Of a stretch of 64,000 bases of DNA, positions 13,562 through 26,964 are shown piece by piece. The notes under the pieces were generated by a model. That model was not told where the DNA came from, did no database searches, and saw nothing but the letters and a program-made list of their open reading frames with translations. A program made the position numbers and the translations under genes. Within the stretch, counting starts at the first letter, position 1; the number at the start of each line of letters is the position of its first letter. The DNA comes from Antechinus flavipes (Eukaryota): assembly GCF_016432865.1 (NCBI RefSeq), contig NC_067399.1, forward strand, positions 39,618,001-39,682,000. The letters run 5' to 3'.

Positions 13562-13720
13562 ACTTTTTTTGAAGTTTTTTATTTTCAAAACATATACAAG
13601 GATAACTTTTTCAATGATGACTCCTGAAAAACCTTGTGTTCCAATTCCCCCCCTTCCCCTACCTCCTCCCTTACCTATCATGTGATCCAATATATATTAA
13701 ATGTGGCAAAATATATATAA
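13562..13720 (-). mobile_element. L1 3'UTR fragment
   Basis: ttttattttcaaaacatat...ccttgtgttccaattcccccc. Confidence 0.6.
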
Positions 13721-13840
13721 TATTTAATACTTTAAAGTTTTCAAAACTTTTAGATAGATTCTATTCCAATTGAAATGTTATCTCACAACAACTTGTAAGA
13801 CGTGCCATTATCATTGATTCCATTTAAGAAATAAGGAAAC

Positions 13841-13980
13841 GGGGCAGCTAGATGATAGAAGTCCTCCTGAAGTCAGGAAGACCTGAGTTCAAATGTGACC
13901 TCAGACACTTAATATGTCTTAGCTGTTTGACTCTGGGCAAGTCACTTAACCCCAATTACCTCAGCAAAAGAAAGAAAGAA
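13841..13980 (+). mobile_element. WSINE1-type SINE
   Basis: ggggcagctagatg...ctgaagtcaggaagacctgagttcaaat...cctcagcaaaag. Confidence 0.85.
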
Positions 13981-16429
13981 ACAGTCTGAAAAGTTAAAAA
14001 GCATTTACCTAGGATCATACAACTAATAAATATCTGAGGCTGAACTTGGGTTTTCCTGACCCCAATTCTAAGATCCTATCCTTAGGTCCTTTTAGTTTGT
14101 TTCAAGGAAGCTAATCAGTTTGATGAATTTACTGGAAAGTGAGCTTTGGGGACTTGAAGCATCCCTTTCCATGGAGGGTATGAATATATCCACTGATAAT
14201 CTCAATGAGAGATTTCTGGAGGGTTGTCTAGAGTGCCAAAAAGAACTGAGTCATGGAAGGGAGTAGTAAAACATAAATTGTGCTCTCCCACACAACCATG
14301 AGTTATATGCACATCAATGTAGGTTTGATAGGAAATAGTGGTTTTCTCTAGCATCTCCAAATTCATTTCCCTTTCAAGGGTAAGGTCCTTGGGGACAGTA
14401 CCATAACTCTGGAGTCTTACATGTCCCCGGAATGAAGAAGGCATTCATTGAAGTGCTAGGAGGTGCCTCTCAAGCAACCCCAAATTTGTTTTCCTTCCAT
14501 GGGAGTCCAAATCCTTAGCGAAAGGGAAGGGGAAAGGGAGCAAGCATTTATAAATATGTGCCAGGCATCATGCTAAGCACTTTACAGCCATCATCATCTC
14601 ATTTGATCCTCACAATAACCCTGGGATGTAGTTGCTATTATTACCTACACCTCTCCCCCCCCTTTACAGATGGTTAAGTGACCTGCCATGGACCATGCAG
14701 CTAGTAAGTCTTTGAGGCTGCATTTGAACTTGTCTTCCCAATTCCATTATCTATTAGGACACTTCACTGCCTTTTCTAGAAGACTCAAGGATAACCTTAT
14801 AGGTCCTCCTGGGGTGACTATGGGATATTCTGGGGTGTGAGGAATTGAGAATTGTGTTGATTTATTTATAGATTATGAAGAATTCTTTTCCTGTATTTTG
14901 TTTGTGAAAGACTGTTTAGTACCCAAAAACAATACTAATTTTTGTTCTTTCACGGGATGTTGGAGAGCAACATGAACTATCCTGAAGTTTCCAGAGCAAA
15001 ATCTGGTTTGAAACAAACTAGCCAAAGTGGAATGATGATCATTACTATTTTTAAAAAACCCCAAGACTAAACCCATTATTCCCCATAACACCATGGCTTG
15101 GGATGCTAGACCTTAGATTTTATATAAATGAAGAAACTCAGGCTCAGAGAGGCAAAAATATCCAGCTTTCATATAACCCTTTAAGGTTTGTGATGCTCTT
15201 CAGATATGTTATCTCATTGGACCTTCACAACTTTAAGAGGAATAAGGTGCTTTGATATGATCCTCATTTTATAGATGAGGAAACTGAGGCAGACTACTTA
15301 AGTGACTTGACCAAAGTCCATGCAGCTAAAATGTAACACAACCGGAGACTCTCTTAACTTTCTAAGTATAGGGCTCATTTTGTCATGGCTGATATGTATT
15401 GAGTTCCTAGTGTGTACAGAGTTTGGGGGCGGGGCGCGAAGATTGCTAAGAAATTATAAAACAGGGCTGGTCCTTAAGATGTTTGCATTCCAGTGAAGAT
15501 ATATGAAAGGATGACAATTCAGCAAATCTTTGTTTAATAAGATCTTGGGTTCATGGATCTTTGAATGTAGAATAAGGGACAGGATATGTAAAAACAATGG
15601 TATTTATCTAGAACTTTAGACATATTTAGACATATTCAATTCTCTGAACCTCACAATGTCCTTATGAGACAGGAAGCATATATAATATTATTCCCACTTT
15701 AAAATAAGAAAATTGAGGTCCAGAGGAATTTAGTGCTTCCCCATGGTCAATTAAACAGGGACATCAGTTTTTCATGGGCTCTTTGGTAATATATTGAAAC
15801 CAACATCACTCAGTCAAGTCTTTATTAAGTGCCTGTTTATGTGTCAGAGCATGTACTAAGTGCTGGATGTACAAAAGGCAAAAATCAGTCCCTGCTGTGA
15901 AGGAGCTCACAATCTAATGGCAGAGACAACATGGAACAGCTCTGTACAGAAAAGGTATAAGTGGGATAAAGTAGAACTAATCGGTAAAAGTAGGTATGAG
16001 AATCGAGGGCAATCAAGAAAGGCTATGAATCTGTGGTAGAGAAATTAAGAAGAGGGATGACTTGGGAGGGAAAGAAAATGAGGCATTATCAAACAATGGT
16101 TCTTTGACATGGGTACCACAGGCGTTATTATGACCATTTTATAGATGAGTTAAAATTTAAAACTCACACTTATCCATCATCACACAGAGTAAAAAGGATG
16201 ACCAGGATTTGAAACCAGGGCTGCTGACTCTACTGAATTTGCCACAGGATACTAGATCAAAATATTGGATTGAGGAAGCCTTCATTTTACAGATGAGGAA
16301 ATTGTGGGCCAGAGACATTAAAAAATTATAGCGGTAGTAATCCTCAGAGATAAGATTTGAATTCATGTCTTCTGATTCCAAAGCATTCCCCACTGCCTAA
16401 AAAATCTTTTAAAAGGCTTTGACTTGATT

Positions 16430-17270
16430 GTCTCATCCCTCATCTTATCTCTCTTCCCTTTCACACTCAAAAATCATAGAAAAAGGCTTCTACCTTCTTT
16501 GCTCACACTCTTTTCTCCACCTCTTCTGACTTCTGACCTCTCCCTTACCCTCAAACTGCTCTCCCTCCAAGTTTACCAATAGCCTTTTGCTCAGAATCGA
16601 GCTATAGTGACTTCTCTGTAACTTTTCACACTGCTGATCATCAGGTCCAAAGGCCTGGCACACAGTAAACACTTAATACATGCTTATTGGCTTTTGAAAT
16701 GCTGGGGTTGACCACCCTCTGCTGGATGTGCCCTCCCACTAGGTTTCTTTGACACTGCTTTCTTCTGGTTCTCCTCCTACCTGTCTGACCACTCCTCCTC
16801 AGTTTCCTTTGCTGCTTCATCATCCATCTTCTGCCCCTTAACTGTGGGTGTCCCCCAAGGCCCTCTTCTCTTCTGGCTCTGTACCCTTTCTCTTTATGAT
16901 CTCATCAGCTCCCATGAGTTCAATCCAGCCTTGGTCTCCCTCTTGAGCTTCAGTCCTTCAATATCAGCTGACTATTGCTGGATCTCACCTGGGAGTGGTG
17001 TTCATAAGCATCTCAAACTCAACATGTCCAAAATGGAACTCATCTACTCTCTCTAAATTTCCCTTTTTTCAGTTGGGGATACCACTATACTCACTGTCAC
17101 CCAGTTTGCAACCTCATCACCAGCCTCAACTCATCTCTCTCCTTTACCCATCAAGTTCTCTTCAAGTTTTGTTAATTCCATTTCTTCAACTTTCACATCC
17201 ATCTCCTACTCCCTGCTCACAAGACCATTACTCTAGTTAAGGTTCTTATCATCTCCTCTGGACTATTTTT
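16430..17270 (+). mobile_element. L2 fragment
   Basis: Pyrimidine-rich L2 ORF2-like DNA (gggtgtcccccaaggc...ctcaaactcaacatgtccaaaatggaactc). Confidence 0.65.
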
Positions 17271-17323
17271 CTCAATTAACAGGTAAATATTTTTTAACAT
17301 TCTTTTAAAAAATGTATTCCAAA

Positions 17324-18125
17324 CGGGGACACTAATACATTGTTGGTGAAATTGTGAATACATCCAGCCATTCTGGAAAGCAATTTGGAACTATGCTCAA
17401 AAAGTTATCAAACTGTGCATACGCTTTGATCCAGCAGTGTTTCTACTGGGTTTAGATCCCAAAGAGATATTAAAGAAAGGAAAGGGACCTGTATGCGCCA
17501 AATGTTTGTGGCAGCCCTTTTTGTAGTAGCTAGAAACTGGAAACTGAGTGGATGCCCATCAATTGGAGAACGGTTGGGTAAATTGTGGTATATGAATGTT
17601 ATGGAATATTATTGTTCTGTAAGAAACGATCAGCAGGATGAATACAGAGAGGCTTGGTGAGACTTATATGAACTGATGCTAAGTGAAATGAGCAGAACCA
17701 GGAGATCATTATATACCTCAACAATGATACTGCATGAGGATGTATTCTGATAGAAGTGGATTTCTTCAACAAAAAGAAGATCTAATTCAGTTTCAATTGA
17801 TCAAGGATGGACAGAAGCAGCTACACCCAGAGAAAGAACACTGGGAAATGAATATAAACTGCTTGCATTTTTGTTTTTCTTCCCAGGTTATTTTCACCTT
17901 CTGAATCCAATTTTTCCTGTGCAACAAGAGAACTGTTCGGTTCTGCACACATATATTCTATCTAGGATATACTGTGACATATTTAACATGTATAGGACTG
18001 CTTGCCATCTGGGGAAGGGGGTGAAGGGAGGGAGGGGAAAAGTCAGAACAGAAGTGAGTGCAAGGGATAATGTTGTAAAAAAATTACTCAGGCATGGGTT
18101 CTGTCAATAAAAAGTTATAATAAAG
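17324..18125 (+). mobile_element. 5'-truncated L1 (ORF2 end + 3'UTR)
   Basis: L1 ORF2 C-terminal DNA (gctagaaactggaaactgagtggatgcccatcaattgg), AATAAA tail, 13-bp TSD AATGTATTCCAAA (17311-17323, 18126-18138). Confidence 0.9.
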
Positions 18126-18138
18126 AATGTATTCCAAA

Positions 18139-18660
18139 TTCTCTTTCTCCCTCTCCTACTCCCCTTGAGAAGGTGAGGAATTTGATGTCAATTATATATG
18201 TAAAGTCATGAAAACATGTTTACATATTGTCCATATTGCAAAAAACACCACCATCATCAAAACAAAAAACAAACAAAAAAAGATCAAAATAAACCCCCAA
18301 AAAAGAGAGAAAGAGAAGTTTGAAAGCATGTTTTGATCTGTATTTGGACTTCATCAATTTTTTCTCTGAAAATGGATAACATTTTTCATCATAAGTCTTT
18401 TGGAACTGTCTTGGATTATTGTATTGCTAAAAAGAGCTAGTCATTCACAGCTGATTTTCATACAGTGTTATTTTACTGTATACCATGGTCTCCTGGTTCT
18501 GTTCACTTCACTCTGCATCGATTCATATAAGACTTTTCAAAGTTTTTCTGAAATCATCCTGCTTGAAATTTCTTATAGCACAATAGTATTCTAGCACAAT
18601 CATCCACCACAATTTGTTCACTTATTTCCTACTTGATAAGCATCCCCTCAATTTTCAGGC
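18139..18660 (-). mobile_element. Older L1 3' region (interrupted by the 17324 L1)
   Basis: Typical antisense marsupial L1 3' end; continues the stub at about 17275-17323 across the TSD. Confidence 0.7.
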
Positions 18661-20034
18661 CAAAGAACTTTTCTAAAATTCTATACAAGTCATTTCTTCC
18701 TCCATTCAAAACATTTATAGGCTCTCTGGCCTAAAAGAAAAAACCACAAATTCATCAGCAATGAAAGCCTTTGCAATTAGTCTTCAACGTCCTTCTCTAG
18801 AATCACTATATATTACTGCTCCACGTACATAATATGTTGGTGCCAACATTCTGTTCTTCCCTGAATTCAGCATTCCATCCCCAGCATCATGACTTTACTA
18901 TTATTTCCTCTTTTCTGGGAATACCAGCTCATCTCATCTCTGCTTTTAACCATTCCTGCTTCCATGAAGGGTCATGGGCCAACTTCTACAGGAAGGCTTT
19001 CTGGCTTCCCATATTGTTAGTTTTCTTTCCCTTCTGATGTAACCATGTAATAGCTTACATTTATAGAGTGATTTGTGATTTGCAAAGTACTTTACAAATA
19101 CATCATTTGATCTTCACAACCACATTGGGAGACAGGAAATATTATTATCCCCATTTTCTAGATGAGGAAACTGAAACAGAGATTAAGTGATCTTCCCAGT
19201 CATACAGCTAGTATCTGATGCTGGATTTGAACTCATGTTTTCCAGCCCTTAGAGTTCTATTCATTATGTCATCTAGCTGTCTCAAATATACAATGTACCT
19301 ATGTATATATACACATACATATACATATACACATACAAATGGCTACATATATGCTTATCTACTTATTCTCCCTGCTCTAATCCATCTCCAAAAGACTATA
19401 AGCACTTAAGTGGAGGGACCATTTTCTATTCTGATTTTGTCATGAGTATCCTGAGTGCCTTGAATAAAATAGGTGCTTCATGAGACTCCATTGCATTTAA
19501 TTGGACTGTTAAAATCTGTCAGTATTTCCAGTATAGTCACACTGAGGCACAAAAGCCTATGACTTGGGAACTAGATGATTTACACTGGAGATGGCCCGCT
19601 GACTTCCTGGAGGATTCTAAGAATGCAGCTACTCCCTTAGATTTGTGCCTAGCCTTTAGAACTTAGTTTGTGGGCCTTGTCAGACCTCAGGCTCCATGGG
19701 CAGAGCCTTCTAAGGATTACTACTGACCCCTCCATGCCACAGAGAACCAGCAGAGAACACAAGGAGAGTTCCCCTTGCATTGCCCAAAAGCCAGCTTTTC
19801 TCACACAAATTCTAGCTTCCTTTTTTTCTGTGCTTATTTAATGTCACACAGGAGTGGCCCAAACAGGAAGTATCAGGGCTTGGACTTTCCTCTACAGACT
19901 CTCAGGGGAGGAGATGGGGTGAGGGGATTTGTGTTCTGACTCTGAATTGCTGGATCACTGGCTCACAGATGGGAGAGCTTAAAGGGAATTGAGAGATCAT
20001 ACTCCTCTTAGGATGCACAAGCAAACAAATGCCC

Positions 20035-20855
20035 AGAAAAGTGAAATCCCTTGCTTAAGGTCAGACACAGATAATGAAAGCCATAGAACCCCATAAAGAA
20101 CTTGTATATACCTTTGGTAGCTATTTTGTGAGTTTTGTTTTGTTTTGTTTTGCCCCTCATTGTATCCCCAATGCTTAGGACAGCATCTGGACACATAAAT
20201 ATCAGGTTGCCTGACATATGTTAAAGCAGAGATTTTTTCTGGGTATGGGTTAACTCAGGTCTCTGGATCCCTGCTTCTGTATTTTCCAGTAGAGGCTTTA
20301 TTCAAGAGATCTGGGATACAAACTAACATTTCTGAGGTCCTGTTCTTTGGCTCCCCAAATACATTATTTTGGAACTATGGGAACATTTACAATGCTAGAG
20401 GTCTCTATGTTCTGCCCACCACTTCCTAAAGCTGTTTATTGATGGCCATGAGCTGATTACAAGAAAAGTGAAATCACTTGCTTAAGGTTAGATACAGATA
20501 ATGAAAGTCATAGAGCCCCATAATGAACCTGTATATAACTTTGTAGCTATTTTTGTGAAGTTTCTTTTGTTTTGTTTTGCCCCTCATTGTATCCCCAATG
20601 CTTAGAACAGCACCTTGACACATGTTAAAGCAGTGATTTCTTCTGGGTATGGGTTAACTCAGGTCTCTGGATCCCTGCTTCCATATCCCCCAGGGGAGGC
20701 TTTATTCAAGAGATCTGGGGTACAAGCCAGCGTTTCCGAGGTCTGTTCTTTGGCTCCCCGAATACATTATTTTGGAATTATGGGAACATTTGCAACACTA
20801 CAGGTCTGCCTACCATTCCCTAAAGATGGTTATTGATGGCCACGGGCAGATTACA
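20035..20855. repeat. Two-copy tandem duplication, unit about 427/394 bp
   Basis: Units start agaaaagtgaaatc at 20035 and 20462 and end tattgatggcca..gattaca; colinear with scattered differences. Confidence 0.95.
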
Positions 20856-21032
20856 ATCATGAATCTGAGGATTCTGACCTTATGCCCAACTTAAGCGCAG
20901 AAAAAACAGAACCTACTATAACTTGCTTGAACCTGAAACCCGATCTCAATCCCTTTTGTTTGATAAGCAGAATATAAAATAATGAAGTCTCGCAATATAC
21001 ATATGTGTGCATGAATGTGCATGTATACACAT

Positions 21033-21170
21033 NNNNNNNNNNNNNNNNNNNNNNNNNNNNNNNNNNNNNNNNNNNNNNNNNNNNNNNNNNNNNNNNNNNN
21101 NNNNNNNNNNNNNNNNNNNNNNNNNNNNNNNNNNNNNNNNNNNNNNNNNNNNNNNNNNNNNNNNNNNNNN
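21033..21170. other. Assembly gap (138 N)
   Basis: N run beside a TG/TA microsatellite. Confidence 1.
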
Positions 21171-21784
21171 ATATTCCGAAATAAATATCAAAACCAAAGA
21201 TATCAATAAAAATGTTTAAAAATAGAAAGTGGAAAGCCAAGCACTGGACATTACTATACCTGAAGTCACTTCTCCTCTCTCTGAACATCAGTTTCCCCCA
21301 TGTGTACAATGGGAGGGTTGGACTGGATGATCTCTACTTCACATTTCTGTTCTGAAATCCTGTGACTTCATACCATCTTGGCACACGTAGACAAGTTCTA
21401 TTTTCATATCCAGTGAGCATGGCCTCGTACCCATAAATAGCAGCCAAGACATCTATGATTTTATGAGTAGCAATCACATCCCTTACTTCAAAAGACCCAT
21501 GACTAATTATTGGGCAGACTTCATGAATCCCTACTTTAGCCAACTGACATTCCACTAGATCAATCAGGTGACAGTGGGCCCCTGGGCCCTTACCTAGGCT
21601 CATCCTCTCATAACAAACACGCCCAGTCTGCCATAGAGTCTGTAAGTGAGGTCTTCCAGGTTACTAGGGCCAGCCAGAGCCTGTTCTCTGCCAGCCTGGC
21701 CTTTGAGAATCCTGGGTTACTTCATGTCACAATGAAACATCAGAATGAAAGTCAGCAGCCCATTACATTCCAATTTGATCATTT

Positions 21785-22463
21785 TGTAATTCCCACATTG
21801 GGCCACCAGGGGGCAACTGAAGATTTGGATCCATTTCTGATATCTGTAAATTGCATCATAAATTTCACAAAGTTATGTCAAACTCCTGAGACCCACACTC
21901 TGTAGGGATCTTGGTCGACCTCGCCTTCCCATGTCCTGTCAGAAATCCCAATAATGTCCCTACGATGAAATTTTCCCTGTAAAGTCTACTTTTGGCCATG
22001 CCGGATTTACTGCTCTGCTTTGGGTCAATCCCCCATGGCACTCTGCCTCATGGATCTTTCTCCTTACTCCTCCCCCATGCCATGTTGTTTCTCCTAACAC
22101 CATCATCTCCTGTGGTGTCTCTCCAGACCCCACTTCTCCTCTTTATAGCTAACTCTTTTTGGGGGACTAAGTCCCTTTCAGGATTTAACCTGTGAGCTAT
22201 AGACATACCCCAACTTCATAGAGTGATTCCTTTCTCCTGGTAAATGGCAAGTTCTACTAGGGAACTTGCTCTTTCCATTATTAATTATTAAAAACCCCTT
22301 TCTATGCTCTCCCAACTCTAGTTTATATTTACCATTCTTAGCATCTACTATAGCTATTCATCTTCTCTGTAATCTTTCCCTCTTAAAAAATCTATTTTTT
22401 GCCAAAGAGAATGGACTTTGTGAATTATTCATATGACCAAACCCCAACTTTTGATGCCTACCA
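21785..22463 (+). mobile_element. Solo LTR
   Basis: TGTAAT...CTACCA bounded by direct repeat TCATTT (21779-21784, 22464-22469). Orientation inferred from overall LTR-like layout. Confidence 0.7.
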
Positions 22464-22499
22464 TCATTTGGTATCTCCCACCATCACCCACATCAGAGA

Positions 22500-25172
22500 G
22501 ACTGAGGGAAAAAAAAAACTAACAAGATTATGAAAAGAAAGTCAACTAGCTAGAAAAGGAGATCTAGAATCTTAAGGAAGAAAATGACTCCTTGAAAACC
22601 AAAATTTGGTAAGGAGAAACCAATGAAGTTATAAGACATCAAGAAATAAAAAAGAAAATAGAAAGGAATGAGACATCTCATAAGAAAAACAACTGATCTA
22701 CAGAACAGATCAAGAAGAGAAAAATAATAATCAGACTACTTGAAAGCTACTGTCAAAAAAAAAGAATTTTGATACAATAATACAAGAAAAAATTAAAGAA
22801 AATTGTCCTGAAGTGTCAGAACAAGAAAAGAAAGTAAAAATAGAAAAGAATCCACCCATTATCTGAAAGAGATTCTATGAGAAAAAAATCTATAGGAATA
22901 TTGTAGCCAAATTCTGAAATCCCCAGGTCAAGGAGCAAATATTGAGAACAACAAGGAAAAAACAACTTGAATATGGCAGAGCCACAATTACAATCACATA
23001 AGACCTAGCAAATAGCTACATTAAAAGACCACTGATCCTGGTACTCTATATTCTGAAGAACTAAAGAACTGGGTTGTTGCCAAATACCATATCCAGTAAA
23101 GTTAAGCATAATTCTGAATGAAAAAAAAACCTGGATATTCAACGAATTGCCAGACTTTCAAGATTTTGTGGCAAAAAGACCTGAACTTGATAGAAAATTA
23201 AACATATAAGATCCAAGAGAAATATAAGGTAAAAGTCAAAGATTAATTCCAAGGAACTTAATAAGGATAAACTCTATCTTTTATATGTGGAACTGTAAAC
23301 CATATGTCTAAGATTGTCATTACTAACTGGATAGTTCAAAAGAAAAACTTCTTTTTTGTATTATGTGATTCTAAAAAGCAAAACTGTGTAGTAAAAAAAA
23401 CTTATATAATTGAGATGTAAGAGAAGATGACACAGAAGAATTAGATGGGGAAGAGAGCTGGTAGTTCAGAAGCCCTACTCTTTCATCTGGAAGGTGTTAA
23501 AGAGAGAACAATACATACATACACACATACACCCATACCCACACCCACACACGGTTATTTTTTTTTCTAAATTTAGAAAGAAATAAGAGGGTAAGGGGAT
23601 AGGGAGGGAGGGTAAGAGAGGGATTTTTAGAGGGAACCCTAGTCACATCAGATCAGGGAGAAAGAGAATACAACATATTCATTTAGAAGGGAAGAAATGT
23701 CCTTTAAATTTATAAAAAAAAAAAAAAAAGAGGGTAAGGAAATGAGATAAGAGAGGGATAGAAGGAAGTATAAAATAATAGGAATGGGTTAAGGAGAGAG
23801 AGTGTGGGGAAAGGATAAGGGAAGGATCATTGGATGGAGGGGTTAAACAGTAAAGGGACAAAGTAAAGAAGTCAGGAGGAATAGGAAATGAGATAAACAT
23901 AAGATGAAAATCAGGAGTAGAATTTATTATGTTAAAAAAAGCAGGGTCTAGTAATCATAATCTCAGACAAAGTTAAAGCCAAAATAGATATTAGAAGAAA
24001 AAATAGGAAAACTATACTATATGTCAGCCACGTTAATCAATATTGTTTCAGACTATTTGAAATAACTAGAGAGAGTATAAAGTTGGAATAGTGTTGTGCT
24101 ATAGGAAATGATGGGCTGGTGAAGTTAGAAAAATATGGAAATAATAAAGGTACATCAAGTCATGATCAAGTACAACAAGTCATAAAGGTAAGGAATTGTA
24201 TGGAATAAATTAACAGGCTCAAACCATTTCCATATTAAGGGGCGAAGCTTTATTGTAATGCCATAAGGTGGACAAAGCTCCTAATAAACTTGCAATTTAT
24301 AAGGGGGAAGATGGGATTTTTTATTGGGAAAGGACCTAGAGCAAGGTATAGTAATTATTTTAATATGTATGTCAATAAATCAACTGAAGCTGGTGATTGT
24401 TCTGTTTATACAAAATAGCCTCAAGAGTTGACATCTATAACTTAACCTCAAGATTTTATAAGGTAACAGTGGGCCAAGGTATAGAATAGCTCTATATGTA
24501 TAAAATATTTCTGTTGGTACAATAATTCTATAGGGTCAATTATTCCTCACTGGGGTCTACTTAGGTACTGGGTAGCTACCAGGTATATAGCTACCAGGTA
24601 TACGTTTTTTTTTTTTTTTTTTTTTTTTTGCTGGAGTCCATTGATCACATCAGAAAGACTTGGACTTATGAAGGAAGATATTATTCACCATCAGAGAAAC
24701 AGAGGATTTTTAGTATAGCACAATCTTACCTTAATGTATGTGAAATACATATGCATATGTATATTAAATGATTATAGATATCTATGTATGTATATATTTG
24801 TGTGTACATGTTTATATGTATATATAGAGAGATATAGATATATCTGAGTTTAATGGTAGCCTTCTGGAATGGGGGGGAGAGGGAAGGAAGAGGGGAAAAA
24901 AGAATAAAGTAAAAAGTACAAAGAGAAAAGAAAAAAAAAAGTACAAGGAAGAAAGGAAATTATGGACAACCCTGAACACAATGTATTTAATTAATATTTA
25001 TATTTAATATTTTTAATATAAATTATATATTTAATAAATAGGCTTTCTTGAAATGGAAATTTGTTATTTTATATTTTTAATCCTTTCTTATGTTCTGTTG
25101 TGCACATGGAAATGTTTTTTTCTTTTCCTCTTTTCTATTAAATTTTAAAATAAATAAGTTAAAAAAAAAAAA
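22500..25172 (+). mobile_element. Fragmented old L1 (ORF1, inter-ORF, ORF2 endonuclease start, 3'UTR and A-tail)
   Basis: A-rich degenerate ORF1-like DNA, ctcagacaaagttaaagccaaaatagat EN-like segment, 3'UTR with poly-A about 25160; interrupted. Confidence 0.7.
24165..24600 (-). mobile_element. LTR-like fragment inserted in L1 relic
   Basis: Minus-strand AATAAA (ctttattg about 24248) and TATA-like signal (tttataa about 24295) in LTR order; termini not resolved. Confidence 0.3.
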
Positions 25173-25290
25173 AGCTTCTGCATATGAAACATACAGTCCA
25201 GTGGGGGATGGGGGTGAGGATTAGGACATCTTCACAAATATTGACCAAAAATACATGATAAACCAATAAAAGGTTAAACAAAATGTAACG

Positions 25291-25390
25291 TGAGTTATAA
25301 TATAACAAACTTTGTTATAAAATAAAACACGAGGTTATAATATAACAAAATTTGTTATAAAATAACAAAGTATAACATGAGGTTATATTC
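25291..25390. repeat. 40-bp-period AT-rich tandem repeat with internal palindromes
   Basis: Each unit contains TATAACAAA-N-TTTGTTATA. Confidence 0.85.
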
Positions 25391-25661
25391 AGCTCAATGA
25401 GCATTTTCGACTGCATCCTGATTAGTGTCAATTTGATGAAGTGGGCCCAAATTTGGAGGATACTCTGAGGGTAGCTCCTAACTGGACCCTGCCCCATATT
25501 TGATAGATTTTTACACTGAGGTTTTAGTTGCTATTTGTCAAGATTTCTTTAAATTCTCTCTATGAAATTATTTGAAGAGATCATTTTATTCATACTGCAT
25601 ATTTCCATTGGGCTGGAACTAACTACCAAATTTCGCACCATCATAAATGTGGAAGCAGATT

Positions 25662-25910
25662 TGATTGTTGTCATTCAATCATTTTAGTCATATCTGACTC
25701 TTCCTGATCTCATTTTGGGTTTTCTTAGCAAAGCTACTAAAGTCATTTGCCATTTTGTTTTACAATTCATTGTACAAAGGGGGAAGTTGAGATAGGCTTA
25801 AGTAACTAGTTAAGGGTCACACAGCTAGGAAGTATCTGAAATCAGATTTGAATTCAGGTATTACTGACACCAGGCTTGGGAGCTCTAACCACTGGACCAC
25901 CCAGCTGCCA
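25662..25910 (-). mobile_element. MAR1-like SINE (RTE tail + MIR core)
   Basis: ttgttgtcattcaatcattttagtcatatctgactc...tcatttgccatttt...gggtcacacagctaggaagtatctga. Similar partial copies at about 32805 and 46345. Confidence 0.6.
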
Positions 25911-26289
25911 GGTGATTTGTCTGGATTTGACAAATGATGGGATGTAGAGGAGGAAGAGAGGAAGAACAAAGAATTTCTTTTTTTTTTCTCCTGTGGTCAA
26001 TTGTCTTTGCTTTACTGACTATTGTTTTTCTGGGCATTTTGTGAACAAGAAAAGAGGTTTGAATACAATTTAGGAATATATAATGTATTCATCAATATTG
26101 GGGAAACTGGCAGGCAAAAGAAGAAAGCTAAATGGATTGAAAAACAACTTCAAACCTACTTTGGTGAGACAGTACTATGAGGGCCAGTAATTTCAGCTTC
26201 CCCCTCCATTAAAATCCTTTGCTTTTCCTCTAGTGATTAATGGATATTGCTATTCTATTTCTTTTTTGTTCTTGTTCAACCTTCTTTTT

Positions 26290-26695
26290 ATTTTATTTTA
26301 AAGCTCTTTATTTTCAAAACATATGCAGAGATAATTTTCAACATTCACTCTTGCAAAATCTCATATTCAAAACATTTTTCTACCTCCCTTCCCCTTACCC
26401 CCTCTCCTAGTATCCAAGAATGTAATTCAATATTTGTTAAACATGTGAAATTCTTTTATGCATATTTCCACAATGTTCTTGCTACACAAGAAAAATCAGA
26501 TCAAAAAGGAAAAAAATGAGAAAGAAAACAAAAAGCAAACAGCAACAAAAAGAGTATATCTATATCTATACCTATATATCACAATCTATATCATGATTTT
26601 TTTTGCCAAGATCAATTTTTGATCCACACTCAGTCTTCCCTCTGGGTGCTGATGGCTCTCTCCATCACAAAATAATTGGAACTGACCCGAATCAT
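26290..26695 (-). mobile_element. L1 3'UTR fragment
   Basis: Antisense counterpart of the 5597 fragment (ttttcaaaacatatgca...gcatatttccaca...acaagaaaaatcagatcaaaaagg). Confidence 0.7.
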
Positions 26696-26964
26696 GAGGA
26701 AAGAATTTCATGACTTCTTGTCATTCAAAGATGCCCACTTAGGTGACTGCAAGGATGGTGATGCCCATAATTGTATAAAAAGAATATTTTGAAGGAGGAA
26801 CAAATCTGAAGAAGATAATGAGGTCTGTTTTGGACATGTTAGGTTTATAAATTCTTTAGAACATCTAAGTATTGAGCAGGTAGCTCCTTCTTTCCTTTCT
26901 TTCACATCTTGGAGTTCACAGGCTAAATTTCTCTCTTAAGACAATATCTTAAACTCACATCACT

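Noticed and set aside
14352-14379. 28-nt plus-strand exon-like segment (ctctag|...AAGG|GTAAGG)
   Set aside because: Isolated, with no plus-strand gene context here; such signal pairs arise by chance.
21334-21603. 89-aa minus-strand ORF (plus strand also open for about 47 codons)
   Set aside because: I recognise no homology and there is no Kozak or exon context; would need BLAST/tBLASTn to revisit.
22464-22485. TGGTATC after the solo LTR as a possible PBS
   Set aside because: It overlaps the TSD and does not extend to an 18-nt tRNA match; the element is a solo LTR.
25291-25390. CRISPR-like palindromic repeat array
   Set aside because: No unique spacers, no cas genes, mammalian context.
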